From contig CAJXKD010000001.1 in NCBI GenBank assembly GCA_913055735.1, positions 1,520,281 through 1,584,280 of the forward strand: a stretch of DNA of 64,000 nucleotides. Reading direction: 5' to 3'. Origin of the DNA: an uncultured Rhodospirillales bacterium. Lineage in GTDB: Bacteria > Pseudomonadota > Alphaproteobacteria > Rhodospirillales > UBA2165. The notes under the pieces were generated by a model. It was not told the DNA's origin, did not search any database, and saw only the letters and a list, made by a program, of their open reading frames with translations. Shown here piece after piece: positions 45,056 through 54,097 of the stretch (positions are counted from its first letter, which is position 1; every line of letters begins with the position of its first letter). A program made the translations under genes and the position numbers.

Positions 45056-45088
45056 CGTTGCGGGGAGCGTTGGTTTTCCGTCCGGAAC

Positions 45089-46252
45089 CTACGCTGGGAC
45101 GTATTTCGCCCGGACGTCATCATTTGGAAAGTATTCGTCCAGCTTCTGATTTTGTTGAGCGTACCAATCCGTCAAGAATCTCTTTTGTGTGGGTGAGTAC
45201 AATTCCCAGTCAAGATAGAGATAGGATTCAAGAAGCTCGATCTTGCGACGCGAGGAAAGCAAAAGCCTGCCAAGATTTCGCCACAGGTACAAATCCATAA
45301 GGAATTTGGAAACGCTTTTCAGCCGACCCGACTTCTGGGATTTTTCGTAGAGAGAAAACAGGCTGTTTTCGATTTGAAGGCTAAGGGGGACGGACGTCGC
45401 CATTTCAAAGGAGTGTTTCCAGAAAAATAGACGGCGGAACCAAATCAATATCTCGATCGTGAATGCGGAGTAGGCCTTGTTGTAAACTGTCGTCGAGGTA
45501 ATTTGCGGAACGGAATCGTCTCCGCGCCCCAATACGGCCAAAATTCTTTTCAGAAAAGCGTCTCTGTCGCTGATGAATTCCTCGAAAAAAAGTGTATGTA
45601 CGTTATCTCTGCCAAATTTGGCGTTGCAGAACTCGATCAAATTCCCGTAGTCGAGCGCCAGCGCATTGACCGTCCGTTTTTTGAAGAAATTATCTTTGCC
45701 GCGGGCAAAAAATCTACCGCTTCGAAAATTCAGATACTCATCGAACGAAATCTTCTGCCCAGCCTTTATTTCTTGTTTGTACATCGACTTGAGCATGCCG
45801 AGTTGGTTCCTGATGACGATGATGATTTTGGCATTCGGTGCGATCGCTGAAACGAGCTCCATGTTCCGCTTGAAGGTTTCCGGCGGGTCGGCGCTTAGGG
45901 CTTTCTCCGCGGGCTGCGTAAACGACTGCTCGCCGGGGACATCCGAGAATATCGGGAATCCGAGTCCTTCGTCGCTCACAATGACTGTGTCGGCGTTCTC
46001 ATTCTCTAAGATCGCTCGCGCATCATTGGGGCGAAATGAATCGCCGATCCGGTAGCATTCGTGATCGAACCGGCCGGTCCGATAGAATTCATCAAGGACG
46101 GTTGTATTAAACGCCACGGAAATTCCATCTAGGGCTGGAAAGAACAGGCCCTGCAAGTAAGAACTTGCCGTCTTGTTCAGTCCAACGTGGAAAATGTAGT
46201 TTTTGCCGTTGCCACCTGAATCTGGTGCCATCGGCAAACCGGTCCCACCCAT
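45089..46252 (-). CDS. Sulfotransferase-like P-loop protein
   Basis: 387 aa. FHVGLNKTASSYLQ resembles a 5'-PSB loop and IVIRNQLGMLKSMY resembles a 3'-PB motif. The start abuts the upstream stop. Confidence 0.45.
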   Translation of the reverse strand: MGGTGLPMAPDSGGNGKNYIFHVGLNKTASSYLQGLFFPALDGISVAFNTTVLDEFYRTGRFDHECYRIGDSFRPNDARAILENENADTVIVSDEGLGFPIFSDVPGEQSFTQPAEKALSADPPETFKRNMELVSAIAPNAKIIIVIRNQLGMLKSMYKQEIKAGQKISFDEYLNFRSGRFFARGKDNFFKKRTVNALALDYGNLIEFCNAKFGRDNVHTLFFEEFISDRDAFLKRILAVLGRGDDSVPQITSTTVYNKAYSAFTIEILIWFRRLFFWKHSFEMATSVPLSLQIENSLFSLYEKSQKSGRLKSVSKFLMDLYLWRNLGRLLLSSRRKIELLESYLYLDWELYSPTQKRFLTDWYAQQNQKLDEYFPNDDVRAKYVPA

Positions 46253-47728
46253 TCAGTTCTGTCCCTTACCGATCTCATTCAATTTGTTGAAGATGGTGTC
46301 GGCGAACAGCGCGTAGCCGCGTGGGTTAAAATGGCCCATTACGATACCAAGTTCCTTGGGTCCCCCGAGCGGAAACAGAGCGCTTTTGTCGTCGACCGCT
46401 TTTAGAACCGGCTCGAAATTCAAGACATTTATGCCCTTACCGCGGAGTGCGGACAATAGAAGTGGCTTGTAATCGTGAATGGTACAAATCCGGCCGTCGG
46501 TTGATCGTTTTGCAGACCCGAAAAGTATCCCGCGATCAGGGTTCGACACGAAAAGGAATTTCCCCCCGTCCTTGGTTGCAATCCCGCTCATTCGCGTGAT
46601 GACGCTCTCTAGAATAGAAAAATTCCGGCTCAATGCTTCCGTGTCTGGCCGTCGCCAGTTTCCATTGCAGGGGAGAGATTTCTGAATTGCGGGCTTTAGC
46701 AGCATGCGGATGTGATATAGCGTGGTTATCCGATGCGTCGGATTCTGATTCTTGTAACGGACATTGTCCGCCTCTCGCGCGCTGAGCACCTCGCTGGCTA
46801 GGTCACGGATGTCGTCATCGGGCATGTTCTTCACCTCGCCCATTGCGCCCGCATCAGTACCCGCCGACGCGCTGAATTCCTCCAGTTTACGTTTCTCGTA
46901 ACGTGATACGACCTCCCACAGCGCCAAAATGTCTTTGTCGATTTCGTGCTGGTCTCTTTTTCTCAGACCTTGCTCGAAGTCCGCGTCAGTGACGTATCGC
47001 ATCAACAGGTCGGATTGCCGTTCCCAGGAAATATCTCTCAGATCGTTGGCGTCGAAATGTAGATATACGACAAAACGGGCTTTTACATTTTTCCCATATT
47101 CGATGTAGGCCGCCAAACTCGATAGCGGTCCGTTTCCGCCGCGTCCAAGATTCAGAACGCTGAGGTTTTTGGACCGGAGGACGCCGGCAATATTCTGGTG
47201 GGGTTCGACGGAATAGCCCTGTGCGTAACTGTCGCCGACGAGCACCACGTCGATGGTTTCTCCCTTTTCTATTTTCTCCCAAACGTCGTCGGGATTGTTG
47301 AAACCGTGCCGATCCGAAAAGAAGTCGGCGAAATATCCGTTTTCGTTGCTCAGAACGACACGAATTCCCGATGCATCACCGGGCGGGAAATAAGGCTCCC
47401 GCCATTGATCAAATACCTTCTTGTTGGCGTAGTACTGCGGGCCGATCGACTTGGTGATTCGTTCTCCCCGTTTTCTTTCATCCTCTATGTATTGCGTGTG
47501 GTGCCGGCGATCATATTTGATACCGCGTTTGGCGGCAGCTTTCTCGAGCCGCTCGACTTCCGTCGACTCTCTTTTGCCGTACTTTACGGCTAGGAGGTCC
47601 CGATAGATTTCTTCTTTCTTCTCTGCTCTGAACGCAATCTCTAAAGCGACGTTAATCAAGAAGATCGTCGTCAATGAGGAGATCAATACCAGAAGAGAGG
47701 AGAAGAAAATCTTCTTTAAATTTTTCAT
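46253..47728 (-). CDS. Membrane-anchored SGNH/GDSL-like hydrolase/acyltransferase-like protein
   Basis: 491 aa. N-terminal TM helix IFFSSLLVLISSLTTIFLINVAL, block I VVLVGDSYAQGYS, and a C-terminal GHFNPRGY. Confidence 0.5.
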   Translation of the reverse strand: MKNLKKIFFSSLLVLISSLTTIFLINVALEIAFRAEKKEEIYRDLLAVKYGKRESTEVERLEKAAAKRGIKYDRRHHTQYIEDERKRGERITKSIGPQYYANKKVFDQWREPYFPPGDASGIRVVLSNENGYFADFFSDRHGFNNPDDVWEKIEKGETIDVVLVGDSYAQGYSVEPHQNIAGVLRSKNLSVLNLGRGGNGPLSSLAAYIEYGKNVKARFVVYLHFDANDLRDISWERQSDLLMRYVTDADFEQGLRKRDQHEIDKDILALWEVVSRYEKRKLEEFSASAGTDAGAMGEVKNMPDDDIRDLASEVLSAREADNVRYKNQNPTHRITTLYHIRMLLKPAIQKSLPCNGNWRRPDTEALSRNFSILESVITRMSGIATKDGGKFLFVSNPDRGILFGSAKRSTDGRICTIHDYKPLLLSALRGKGINVLNFEPVLKAVDDKSALFPLGGPKELGIVMGHFNPRGYALFADTIFNKLNEIGKGQN

Positions 47729-47762
47729 ACTGGGATGCGTTATCGCCCGTGACCGCGTCTGA

Positions 47763-49397
47763 TTATAGGCCGGATGCGCTTCGGTCTTTTTCGATCAGGA
47801 CGTCGCCAACGATAAGCGCGTCGAGGCCGCACCCAAAAAATGTCATCAACGCATCCCGAGGCGTTTCGACGATCGGCTGGCCATTTAGATTGAAGCTTGT
47901 ATTCAGAATCACGGGTGTGCCGGTCAGTTTTCCGTAGGATTCGATAAGTCGATGATAGGTCTCGTTTTGCGCAGGTTTAACGGTTTGCAAGCGTGATGTG
48001 CCGTCGAAGTGGACGACGGCGCGAATTTGATCCGCAGTCGCCGGTAGAGCGTCGACGGCAATAGACATGCTCGGGAATTCAAGGCCTTTTGTGTCGAAGA
48101 ATCGGTCTGCGGATTCAAACAATGCCGATGGTGCGAAAGGACGAAATTCCTCCCGGTACTTGATGCGTGCATTGACTTTGTCTCGCATGTTGGCGTCGCC
48201 CGCCGTTGCGAGGATGGACCGGTTGCCCAATGCGCGCGCTCCCGCTTCCGATCTTCCTTGGTGCCAGCCAATGATTTTACCGTCCGCTAAAAGCTCGGCG
48301 CCGGTTTGGGCTGGATCACCAAGCGTTTTGTAAGCGACGCCATTGGATTGGAGTTCGTCAAGAATATCGTCATTCGAGTACGCCGAGCCAAGATACGGTG
48401 TCGTCATGGGGGCGGGCGTGTCGCCGCTCCGTGCGGCACCGAGATACGCGCACCCCGCGCCCAGTCCGCGGTCCGCTGCGACCGGAGAGACGTAAACGTT
48501 TTCAAACATTCCAGAAAAAAGTATCAGACGGTTTGCGACGCAATTCAGCGCCGCTCCACCAGCAAAACAAAAATTTGGTATTTCAGGAAATCGCTCGTGC
48601 AGGCTTTTTACCAGCTCAAACAGGCATGATTCAAAATGCGCCTGTGTGCTTCTCGCAAGATTACGATGAAAATCGGTAATTTCTTCGCCAGGCTTTCTGC
48701 TCGGTTGTCCGAAGAATTCCGCCAGCTTTTCCGAATAGAGGGGTTCAAACGGTGACCGGACGACCGGTTCGTTGCGCATGAACGAGTTTTCGAACGTCCA
48801 TCCCTGTCCGTTCAATTTGAGAACTGGATTGAGATCGAAAGTATTCTCGCCGTAGGTCGCCAGGCCCATAAGTTTGTATTCATCAAGATCGGCGAAGCCC
48901 AGGTAACGCGTCATCAGCGTATAAAACATTCCGAGCGAGTTCCGGGCCGGGATGTCATCAAGAATTTGAAAGCCGTTCTCCCTTGAGGCGATTGCCGTCA
49001 TGCCGGAGGAGCCGTCTCCGGTTGCATCAAGCGACAGGCAAATTGCTTTGTCGAACGGCGAACCATAGAAAGCCGTCGCGAGATGGGCCTCCTGATGATG
49101 AACCCGTTCTATTTTCGGCCGGGTTCCGAATTGGTGGCGAAGATAATCAGCCCATCGTTCATCCGCCTCGTCGTATGTGACGCCGGTGGTGACAAAAACA
49201 TCGATGTCTTCGAAGCGTATGCCAGCTTCCGCGAGGCATGCTTTGATCGAATAATTGGGTAGGTAGCCATACGATGATTTGATGCGCAGGTACCGTTCTT
49301 CCTCGCATATCGCAATTAACTCGCCGTCTATGGCCAGCGCCGCGGAGGGGTCGTGCTGATTGATGGTCACGCCGCCGTGTAGACCCAAAACGATCAT
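47763..49397 (-). CDS. Carbamoyltransferase (NodU/CmcH family)
   Basis: 544 aa. The N-terminal MIVLGLHGGVTINQHDPSAALAIDGELIAICEEERYLRIK is the family hallmark. Confidence 0.85.
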   Translation of the reverse strand: MIVLGLHGGVTINQHDPSAALAIDGELIAICEEERYLRIKSSYGYLPNYSIKACLAEAGIRFEDIDVFVTTGVTYDEADERWADYLRHQFGTRPKIERVHHQEAHLATAFYGSPFDKAICLSLDATGDGSSGMTAIASRENGFQILDDIPARNSLGMFYTLMTRYLGFADLDEYKLMGLATYGENTFDLNPVLKLNGQGWTFENSFMRNEPVVRSPFEPLYSEKLAEFFGQPSRKPGEEITDFHRNLARSTQAHFESCLFELVKSLHERFPEIPNFCFAGGAALNCVANRLILFSGMFENVYVSPVAADRGLGAGCAYLGAARSGDTPAPMTTPYLGSAYSNDDILDELQSNGVAYKTLGDPAQTGAELLADGKIIGWHQGRSEAGARALGNRSILATAGDANMRDKVNARIKYREEFRPFAPSALFESADRFFDTKGLEFPSMSIAVDALPATADQIRAVVHFDGTSRLQTVKPAQNETYHRLIESYGKLTGTPVILNTSFNLNGQPIVETPRDALMTFFGCGLDALIVGDVLIEKDRSASGL

Positions 49398-49463
49398 TTT
49401 ATTCTGGCCTTATTTGGAGATTGGAAGGTTGAGAGTATTAGAGTTGCTCACCGGAAGGCGCAA

Positions 49464-51353
49464 CTATCTCGGAAAAAGATCGAACATGGCAGGCGCATCT
49501 TTCATTGGAAATTCGCCAGTCTTCAAATCTTCGATCCGGAGGCCGAAAGCCGCCAGCCGTTCGCGCCAATACTCGGATTCGGCCAGCCGGCGCTCAAAAC
49601 GGTCAATCAGCGTCTGATCGACCTCGCCGTTCTCCAAGCATTGCAGAAATCCTTGAAAATAGAGCGCGAAACCGTTTTCCGGCGAAATGACCTCTGAAAG
49701 AGTCTGTAGATGTGCTCGCAACTGCGCCAGTTTGACGGGGCGGCGTTCAAAGAATATCCGGTGAAAATTGAGGGTATAATTCATATAGAACCACATGTCG
49801 GTAATTTGGCCGGGGGTCAGAACATCATCCGGTGCGACGCCAGCGAAGGCCGAGGCGAACAGCGCTTCCGCAGGCCTTTGCCCTTTTTCGATCTCCGCCT
49901 GTTTGCCGTAGGAACCACCCATGAAGCGGACCTCGCCGGCTTTCTCGTCCTTGATAATCCCCTGCTCCACCATCGCATCGTGGATCGGCGTATTGGGCAG
50001 CGGCTGAAGAGGCGATATCCGATACCAGTCGCAGTCCATTTCCCGGGCGACATCGATGGTGTCCTGCACCATACGGAACGTCTCTCGGGGAAACCCGACC
50101 ATCAAGAGAACGGATGTGTGGATTTCCTCGTATTTCCGCAGGACACGAGCAGCTTCGAGGAAAACATCGACCGTCCCCGGTTTGCGGATTTCACGAAGGA
50201 TACCCGCATTTCCCGATTCCATTCCGATATTGACGGCAATGCATCCTGATTTAGCCATCGCGTCCACAACCTCGTCGGTGCAGGAGCTGGCGATCAGGCC
50301 GTTGGTGGCATCCCACGTAATGCCAAGATTGCGCCGCGCGATCTCGTCGAACATGGTAATCGCCCGGCGATGATCCTTCAGGAGGTCGTCGTCAAGCCAC
50401 ATGATATGATCGACGCCGTACGTGTTGACCAACTCTTCGATTTCATCAACGACCTGTATCGGATCGCGGCCTCGTACGCCCTTGCCGTTGAAGTTCCTAA
50501 CAGAACAAAATGTGCATTGCGCACGACATCCGCGATTCGAGAGAACCGTGGCAAACACGGCATCCTTGGGTTTAAAGCAATAGAAAGCGCCGATGGTGCC
50601 GTATCTGGAATATTCCGGGATTTCCATGAGATCGTAGGCCGGCGTAACGTCCACGTCGTCGGCTTCGGGGCGGCAATCTTTCATAAAATAATGACGTTCG
50701 GTCGAATTAGGTGCGCCGACACTCGGCAATACCGCAATCATCTGTCCCAGGCTTTCGGGCTCGGACGTGCCGTTAATGCAGCGGACGAAATTCGCGATTG
50801 CTCCTTCTGCCTCGCGCAAAAAGGCAAAACTCACGGCCGGAACATCGTCGAGCACGTGTTCTACATCGTTCGATACATGAACGCCTCCGATCGATACGAC
50901 ATAGTTCTTTTCCGCGATGTAATTGCAGACCCGTTTAAGAGATTCATGGGTCATGGTGAACATGCAGGTGACGCCTACGAAATCGGGCTCAAAGTCCTCC
51001 AGGACGTCGTCCAGCTTGGCCTGCCATGTGGCATCATGATCGAAATCCTGCTCGCGGGCGGCAGTATTCGCCGTGCGCAGGATTTCTTGGTTCAAGTTGC
51101 ACAGCTTTACGTCGACCCCGATCCTGCGGAGCTTTTCCGCCACGATGCCGAGGCCGTAAGGCGGGTAGTTGGTGTACCGGCCGCGTTTGGCCGTTTCGAA
51201 GCGGAACAACCCGCTGTCGGCGTCTGGCGGGGTAACTAGGAGTACCTTTTTGATTTGTCCGTTCGGGAACAAATCTGCCATTTGCTTTACCAGGGCATGC
51301 AAGTCGGACTTGTCCCCGATGGGCTGGTGGTTAAATTTCCTGATCTCATTCAT
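49464..51353 (-). CDS. B12-binding (class B) radical SAM enzyme
   Basis: 629 aa. An N-terminal Rossmann-like KKVLLVTPP...CMFT region is followed by SNRGCRAQCTFCSV (CxxxCxxC). Confidence 0.8.
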   Translation of the reverse strand: MNEIRKFNHQPIGDKSDLHALVKQMADLFPNGQIKKVLLVTPPDADSGLFRFETAKRGRYTNYPPYGLGIVAEKLRRIGVDVKLCNLNQEILRTANTAAREQDFDHDATWQAKLDDVLEDFEPDFVGVTCMFTMTHESLKRVCNYIAEKNYVVSIGGVHVSNDVEHVLDDVPAVSFAFLREAEGAIANFVRCINGTSEPESLGQMIAVLPSVGAPNSTERHYFMKDCRPEADDVDVTPAYDLMEIPEYSRYGTIGAFYCFKPKDAVFATVLSNRGCRAQCTFCSVRNFNGKGVRGRDPIQVVDEIEELVNTYGVDHIMWLDDDLLKDHRRAITMFDEIARRNLGITWDATNGLIASSCTDEVVDAMAKSGCIAVNIGMESGNAGILREIRKPGTVDVFLEAARVLRKYEEIHTSVLLMVGFPRETFRMVQDTIDVAREMDCDWYRISPLQPLPNTPIHDAMVEQGIIKDEKAGEVRFMGGSYGKQAEIEKGQRPAEALFASAFAGVAPDDVLTPGQITDMWFYMNYTLNFHRIFFERRPVKLAQLRAHLQTLSEVISPENGFALYFQGFLQCLENGEVDQTLIDRFERRLAESEYWRERLAAFGLRIEDLKTGEFPMKDAPAMFDLFPR

Positions 51354-51356
51354 GGG

Positions 51357-52256
51357 TCAATTGACTCGCTGAAGTGCATCAAGAAGCCGGACTTTGGCAC
51401 GGACCGTTTTTTCCGGCGGTGTAAAGGTCAATCCAAGACTCCCGACAGCAAGCCCATTATCCAGCCAGGCATTCGTTGGCCGCGGTTCCGAATAGGTCAG
51501 CTCGCTGAACCGGATAGGTTCAAAGCTCATCTTATCGCCAAACGTGCTTTCCGCGATGATCCACTCACATAGTTGGGTTCTGGAGACGGCCGGGCAAGCC
51601 GCAAGATGGACGATCTTGGGGCGGTCCGGCAATTTTGCCAATTCTACCACGCCCCGCGCGGTGTCGTTAATGTCCGAAATATTGATCAAATTGTCATACG
51701 CCATTCGTGCGTTTCCGGAAAGTAGGTGGTGATAAGCATCCTTAACCGCGCAGTGGGAGTCAGGGTCGCCCGGCACGTTCCATCCTGTCCGCATAACGCA
51801 ATGATTACCTTCTAGAGAAAGCAGGAAGTCCTCCACCTCCACTTTCATGCGACCATAAAGGTTGAGGGGATTCGGAGAAACCTCTTCGGTATAGCCGCCG
51901 TCTCGTCCGTCGAAAACCTGGTCCGTGGACATGAAGAAAACGGATGCCCCCCGGTCTTGGCAGGTCTTTACGAGACGAACCGTTGCATCAACGTTCAGTT
52001 CTCTAGCCTTCGCCTGATTCTCGAAAATCCATCCAGGGGAACCGTAGGCCGCAAGGATCAAAACCGTGTCTTGGTTGCCGATATCCGGAATGCTGCATGT
52101 CAAATCGCCGCTTATCATCTCGAATTTTATCGCATCCGGGGTGGTGCGCCGATGGGCGGTTGCAACAACGGGTATTGCTGATTGGCGGGCGGTATTTACG
52201 ACCGACGTGCCGATAACACCCGAACCGCCAACGACGATGAGACGTCCTTGGTCCAT
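51357..52256 (-). CDS. RmlD-substrate-binding-type sugar-nucleotide reductase/epimerase (SDR)
   Basis: MDQGRLIVVGGSGVIGTSV from the ATG at 52256 (the track ORF uses a TTG at 52265 overlapping the upstream stop), plus YGRMK. Confidence 0.55.
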   Translation of the reverse strand: MDQGRLIVVGGSGVIGTSVVNTARQSAIPVVATAHRRTTPDAIKFEMISGDLTCSIPDIGNQDTVLILAAYGSPGWIFENQAKARELNVDATVRLVKTCQDRGASVFFMSTDQVFDGRDGGYTEEVSPNPLNLYGRMKVEVEDFLLSLEGNHCVMRTGWNVPGDPDSHCAVKDAYHHLLSGNARMAYDNLINISDINDTARGVVELAKLPDRPKIVHLAACPAVSRTQLCEWIIAESTFGDKMSFEPIRFSELTYSEPRPTNAWLDNGLAVGSLGLTFTPPEKTVRAKVRLLDALQRVN

Positions 52257-52261
52257 TCCGA

Positions 52262-52795
52262 TCAAAGGCGTTCCATCGAACGCAAGACGTTCGATAGGTA
52301 TTCCTGCTGGGATTTCTTATCGTCTTCTTCGGACGGTGCCCATTCCGCATAGATGGTTTCTTGACGGCGGAACGGGCCATTTGTCACTTCGTGGAAGATG
52401 ACGAACTCCGTTTCTGGAATAATCATGTGATATAGGGGCTTGGATAGCCGATAGAAAAGGTTCTTTCCCGTTCCGGCGGCGCCCAGATCGAGCGTTTGAA
52501 GTATTTGTCCGTTGTCGTCGAACAGGATCAAAAGCAGCTCGCCTTCAATCATATGAAAGGATTCGCTCTTGTTCATATGTTTGTGCGGCTGACAGTACAT
52601 TCCCTTTTTATGGACGATGACCATCTCATGAAGCGGATCGTCCGTTGTCTTATGGGCGTTTATTCTCACCCGGTTGCGCGCGTTCGTGCTCGCGAGTTTT
52701 TTTAGAGCCTCTATCTGGGCCGGCGAAATATAGGTGACCGGGTTTTCGGAGACGAAAACCTCTTCATTCAGACGTTTAAAGGCGTCGAGACTCAT
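52262..52795 (-). CDS. WbuC-like cupin-fold protein
   Basis: 177 aa. RINAHKTTDDPLHEMVIVHKKGMYCQPHKH is a His-rich cupin core, as in WbuC-family proteins of O-antigen loci. Confidence 0.55.
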   Translation of the reverse strand: MSLDAFKRLNEEVFVSENPVTYISPAQIEALKKLASTNARNRVRINAHKTTDDPLHEMVIVHKKGMYCQPHKHMNKSESFHMIEGELLLILFDDNGQILQTLDLGAAGTGKNLFYRLSKPLYHMIIPETEFVIFHEVTNGPFRRQETIYAEWAPSEEDDKKSQQEYLSNVLRSMERL

Positions 52796-52802
52796 AATCC
52801 GA

Positions 52803-54059
52803 TTACCGTACCAAATCGGGATGGCGCTTTAGGAACGATAGCGCGATTTGCGTTTCGCCATTCCAGGCGCGCCCTTCCAGGGCAATATTCCAGAAAGTGT
52901 CGATCATCTTACGTTCCTCGCCGTCGAGAACGCGCCGATCTTCCAAAATCTCTTCCATCTCGACGGCCAGATCGAGGATTTCCTCCGGCGTATTCTCAAT
53001 AAGCTCGATACCCGCGTCGGAGAACTGTTTCGTGAACACGAACTGCCCAGCCCCGGACCCAACTATCTCCGAGAATGTCATGAACCGTTTTTGCTCCTTG
53101 GACCAGTACCGTTTGGGAATCCACAAATCCGTGGCCCGTGCCTTGAAGACATTTAATGCTTGTAATGGCGCTACATTACAGTTCGCGACTGGCGTGTGAA
53201 ACAGCCGGGGGAGATCAAGTACGCCGGACGCAGTTGCCACGCAAAATTTTGAACGAAAAGCGAGATAAATATCGCGTTCTTCGGTTCGGTGACGACTAGG
53301 ATAATCGACAATTGCCGGATCGGCCGTCTCCAGACTTTCGGAAACATGGGCTCCCGCTCGAACGACACCCATCCCTTTGGACGCAAATCGCTGCGCCATG
53401 GGAAGCATGTTTTGGATGCTGGAATCCCGATAGTCGTGATAGGACCAATCTTTACTTGGGCTAATATGATCCAAATGCGCCGCATCGCGGTTGGCAAACA
53501 GAATGACCTGCTTTTCCGGCTCGATTCCTAGGCTTGTGAGCCATTTGTCGCCGCGTTCGATGGTTTCCTTGTCGAGAACAATTGGTGGCGGGGCCTCGAG
53601 AGTAACACCCTCCCGGTCCAAGGAACTTACGGCCAAAGAATGGCGCTCCCAGTTGGGCAGTTGTCGGCTGGCCGCGTCGACATACTCGCTCAGTTGAAAG
53701 AACCGCATTTTCTTGCGGACGAGGTGGTACAGACAATTATTGACCGGCTGCGTGGTTCGGAAAAAAACGTCGATGTATCCTGCGTGTTTTCCGGACGCCC
53801 GTTCACAAAGGTAGGTATGGCATGCTCCTGCGAAATGGCCGATACGGCCCGTATCAATCCGGCAAATCCTGATGGAGATCCACGGCCACGTGATCCGCAT
53901 CAGAACGGCGGCCGGAAATCCAATCAATCCGACGAGAATCGACGAAAGGAGCCGCCGGAGCGCCAGCCGCGGATTGGTCTGCGCGGTTCGAAGCTTGCGC
54001 ACGAACACGGCAGGTAAGTTGCGAAGAGCCACGGGTTCCTTGTTGACGGCTGCAGTCAT
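52803..54059 (-). CDS. Putative glycosyltransferase resembling the 'TIGR04372 family' type
   Basis: 418 aa from the ATG at 54059; the longer track ORF overlaps the transketolase gene. The blocks TGRIGHFAG, FANRDAAHL, HDYRDSSI and VDYPS...DIYL match my recollection of that family. This needs HMM confirmation. Confidence 0.4.
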   Translation of the reverse strand: MTAAVNKEPVALRNLPAVFVRKLRTAQTNPRLALRRLLSSILVGLIGFPAAVLMRITWPWISIRICRIDTGRIGHFAGACHTYLCERASGKHAGYIDVFFRTTQPVNNCLYHLVRKKMRFFQLSEYVDAASRQLPNWERHSLAVSSLDREGVTLEAPPPIVLDKETIERGDKWLTSLGIEPEKQVILFANRDAAHLDHISPSKDWSYHDYRDSSIQNMLPMAQRFASKGMGVVRAGAHVSESLETADPAIVDYPSRHRTEERDIYLAFRSKFCVATASGVLDLPRLFHTPVANCNVAPLQALNVFKARATDLWIPKRYWSKEQKRFMTFSEIVGSGAGQFVFTKQFSDAGIELIENTPEEILDLAVEMEEILEDRRVLDGEERKMIDTFWNIALEGRAWNGETQIALSFLKRHPDLVR

Positions 54060-54097
54060 TCCAAAGGTTGATCGGGTGTACGCGCCGATGACCACAT

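Noticed and set aside
45056-45088. Short imperfect inverted repeat (ggttttccg tc cggaacc) after the sulfotransferase-like gene
   Set aside because: The stem is imperfect and only about 5-7 bp. It sits in a 33-nt gap inside an operon where read-through is expected. That is not enough to call a terminator or attenuator.
50370-51239. 289-aa plus-strand ORF, and similar shadow ORFs at 2101-3012, 18298-18939, 27719-28348, 28403-28987, 58734-59375 and 62188-62913
   Set aside because: Each is fully nested antisense to a gene with strong family signatures (the last, 62188-62913 on the minus strand, is nested antisense to the polytopic membrane-protein gene). None shows a recognisable motif or a plausible independent start context.
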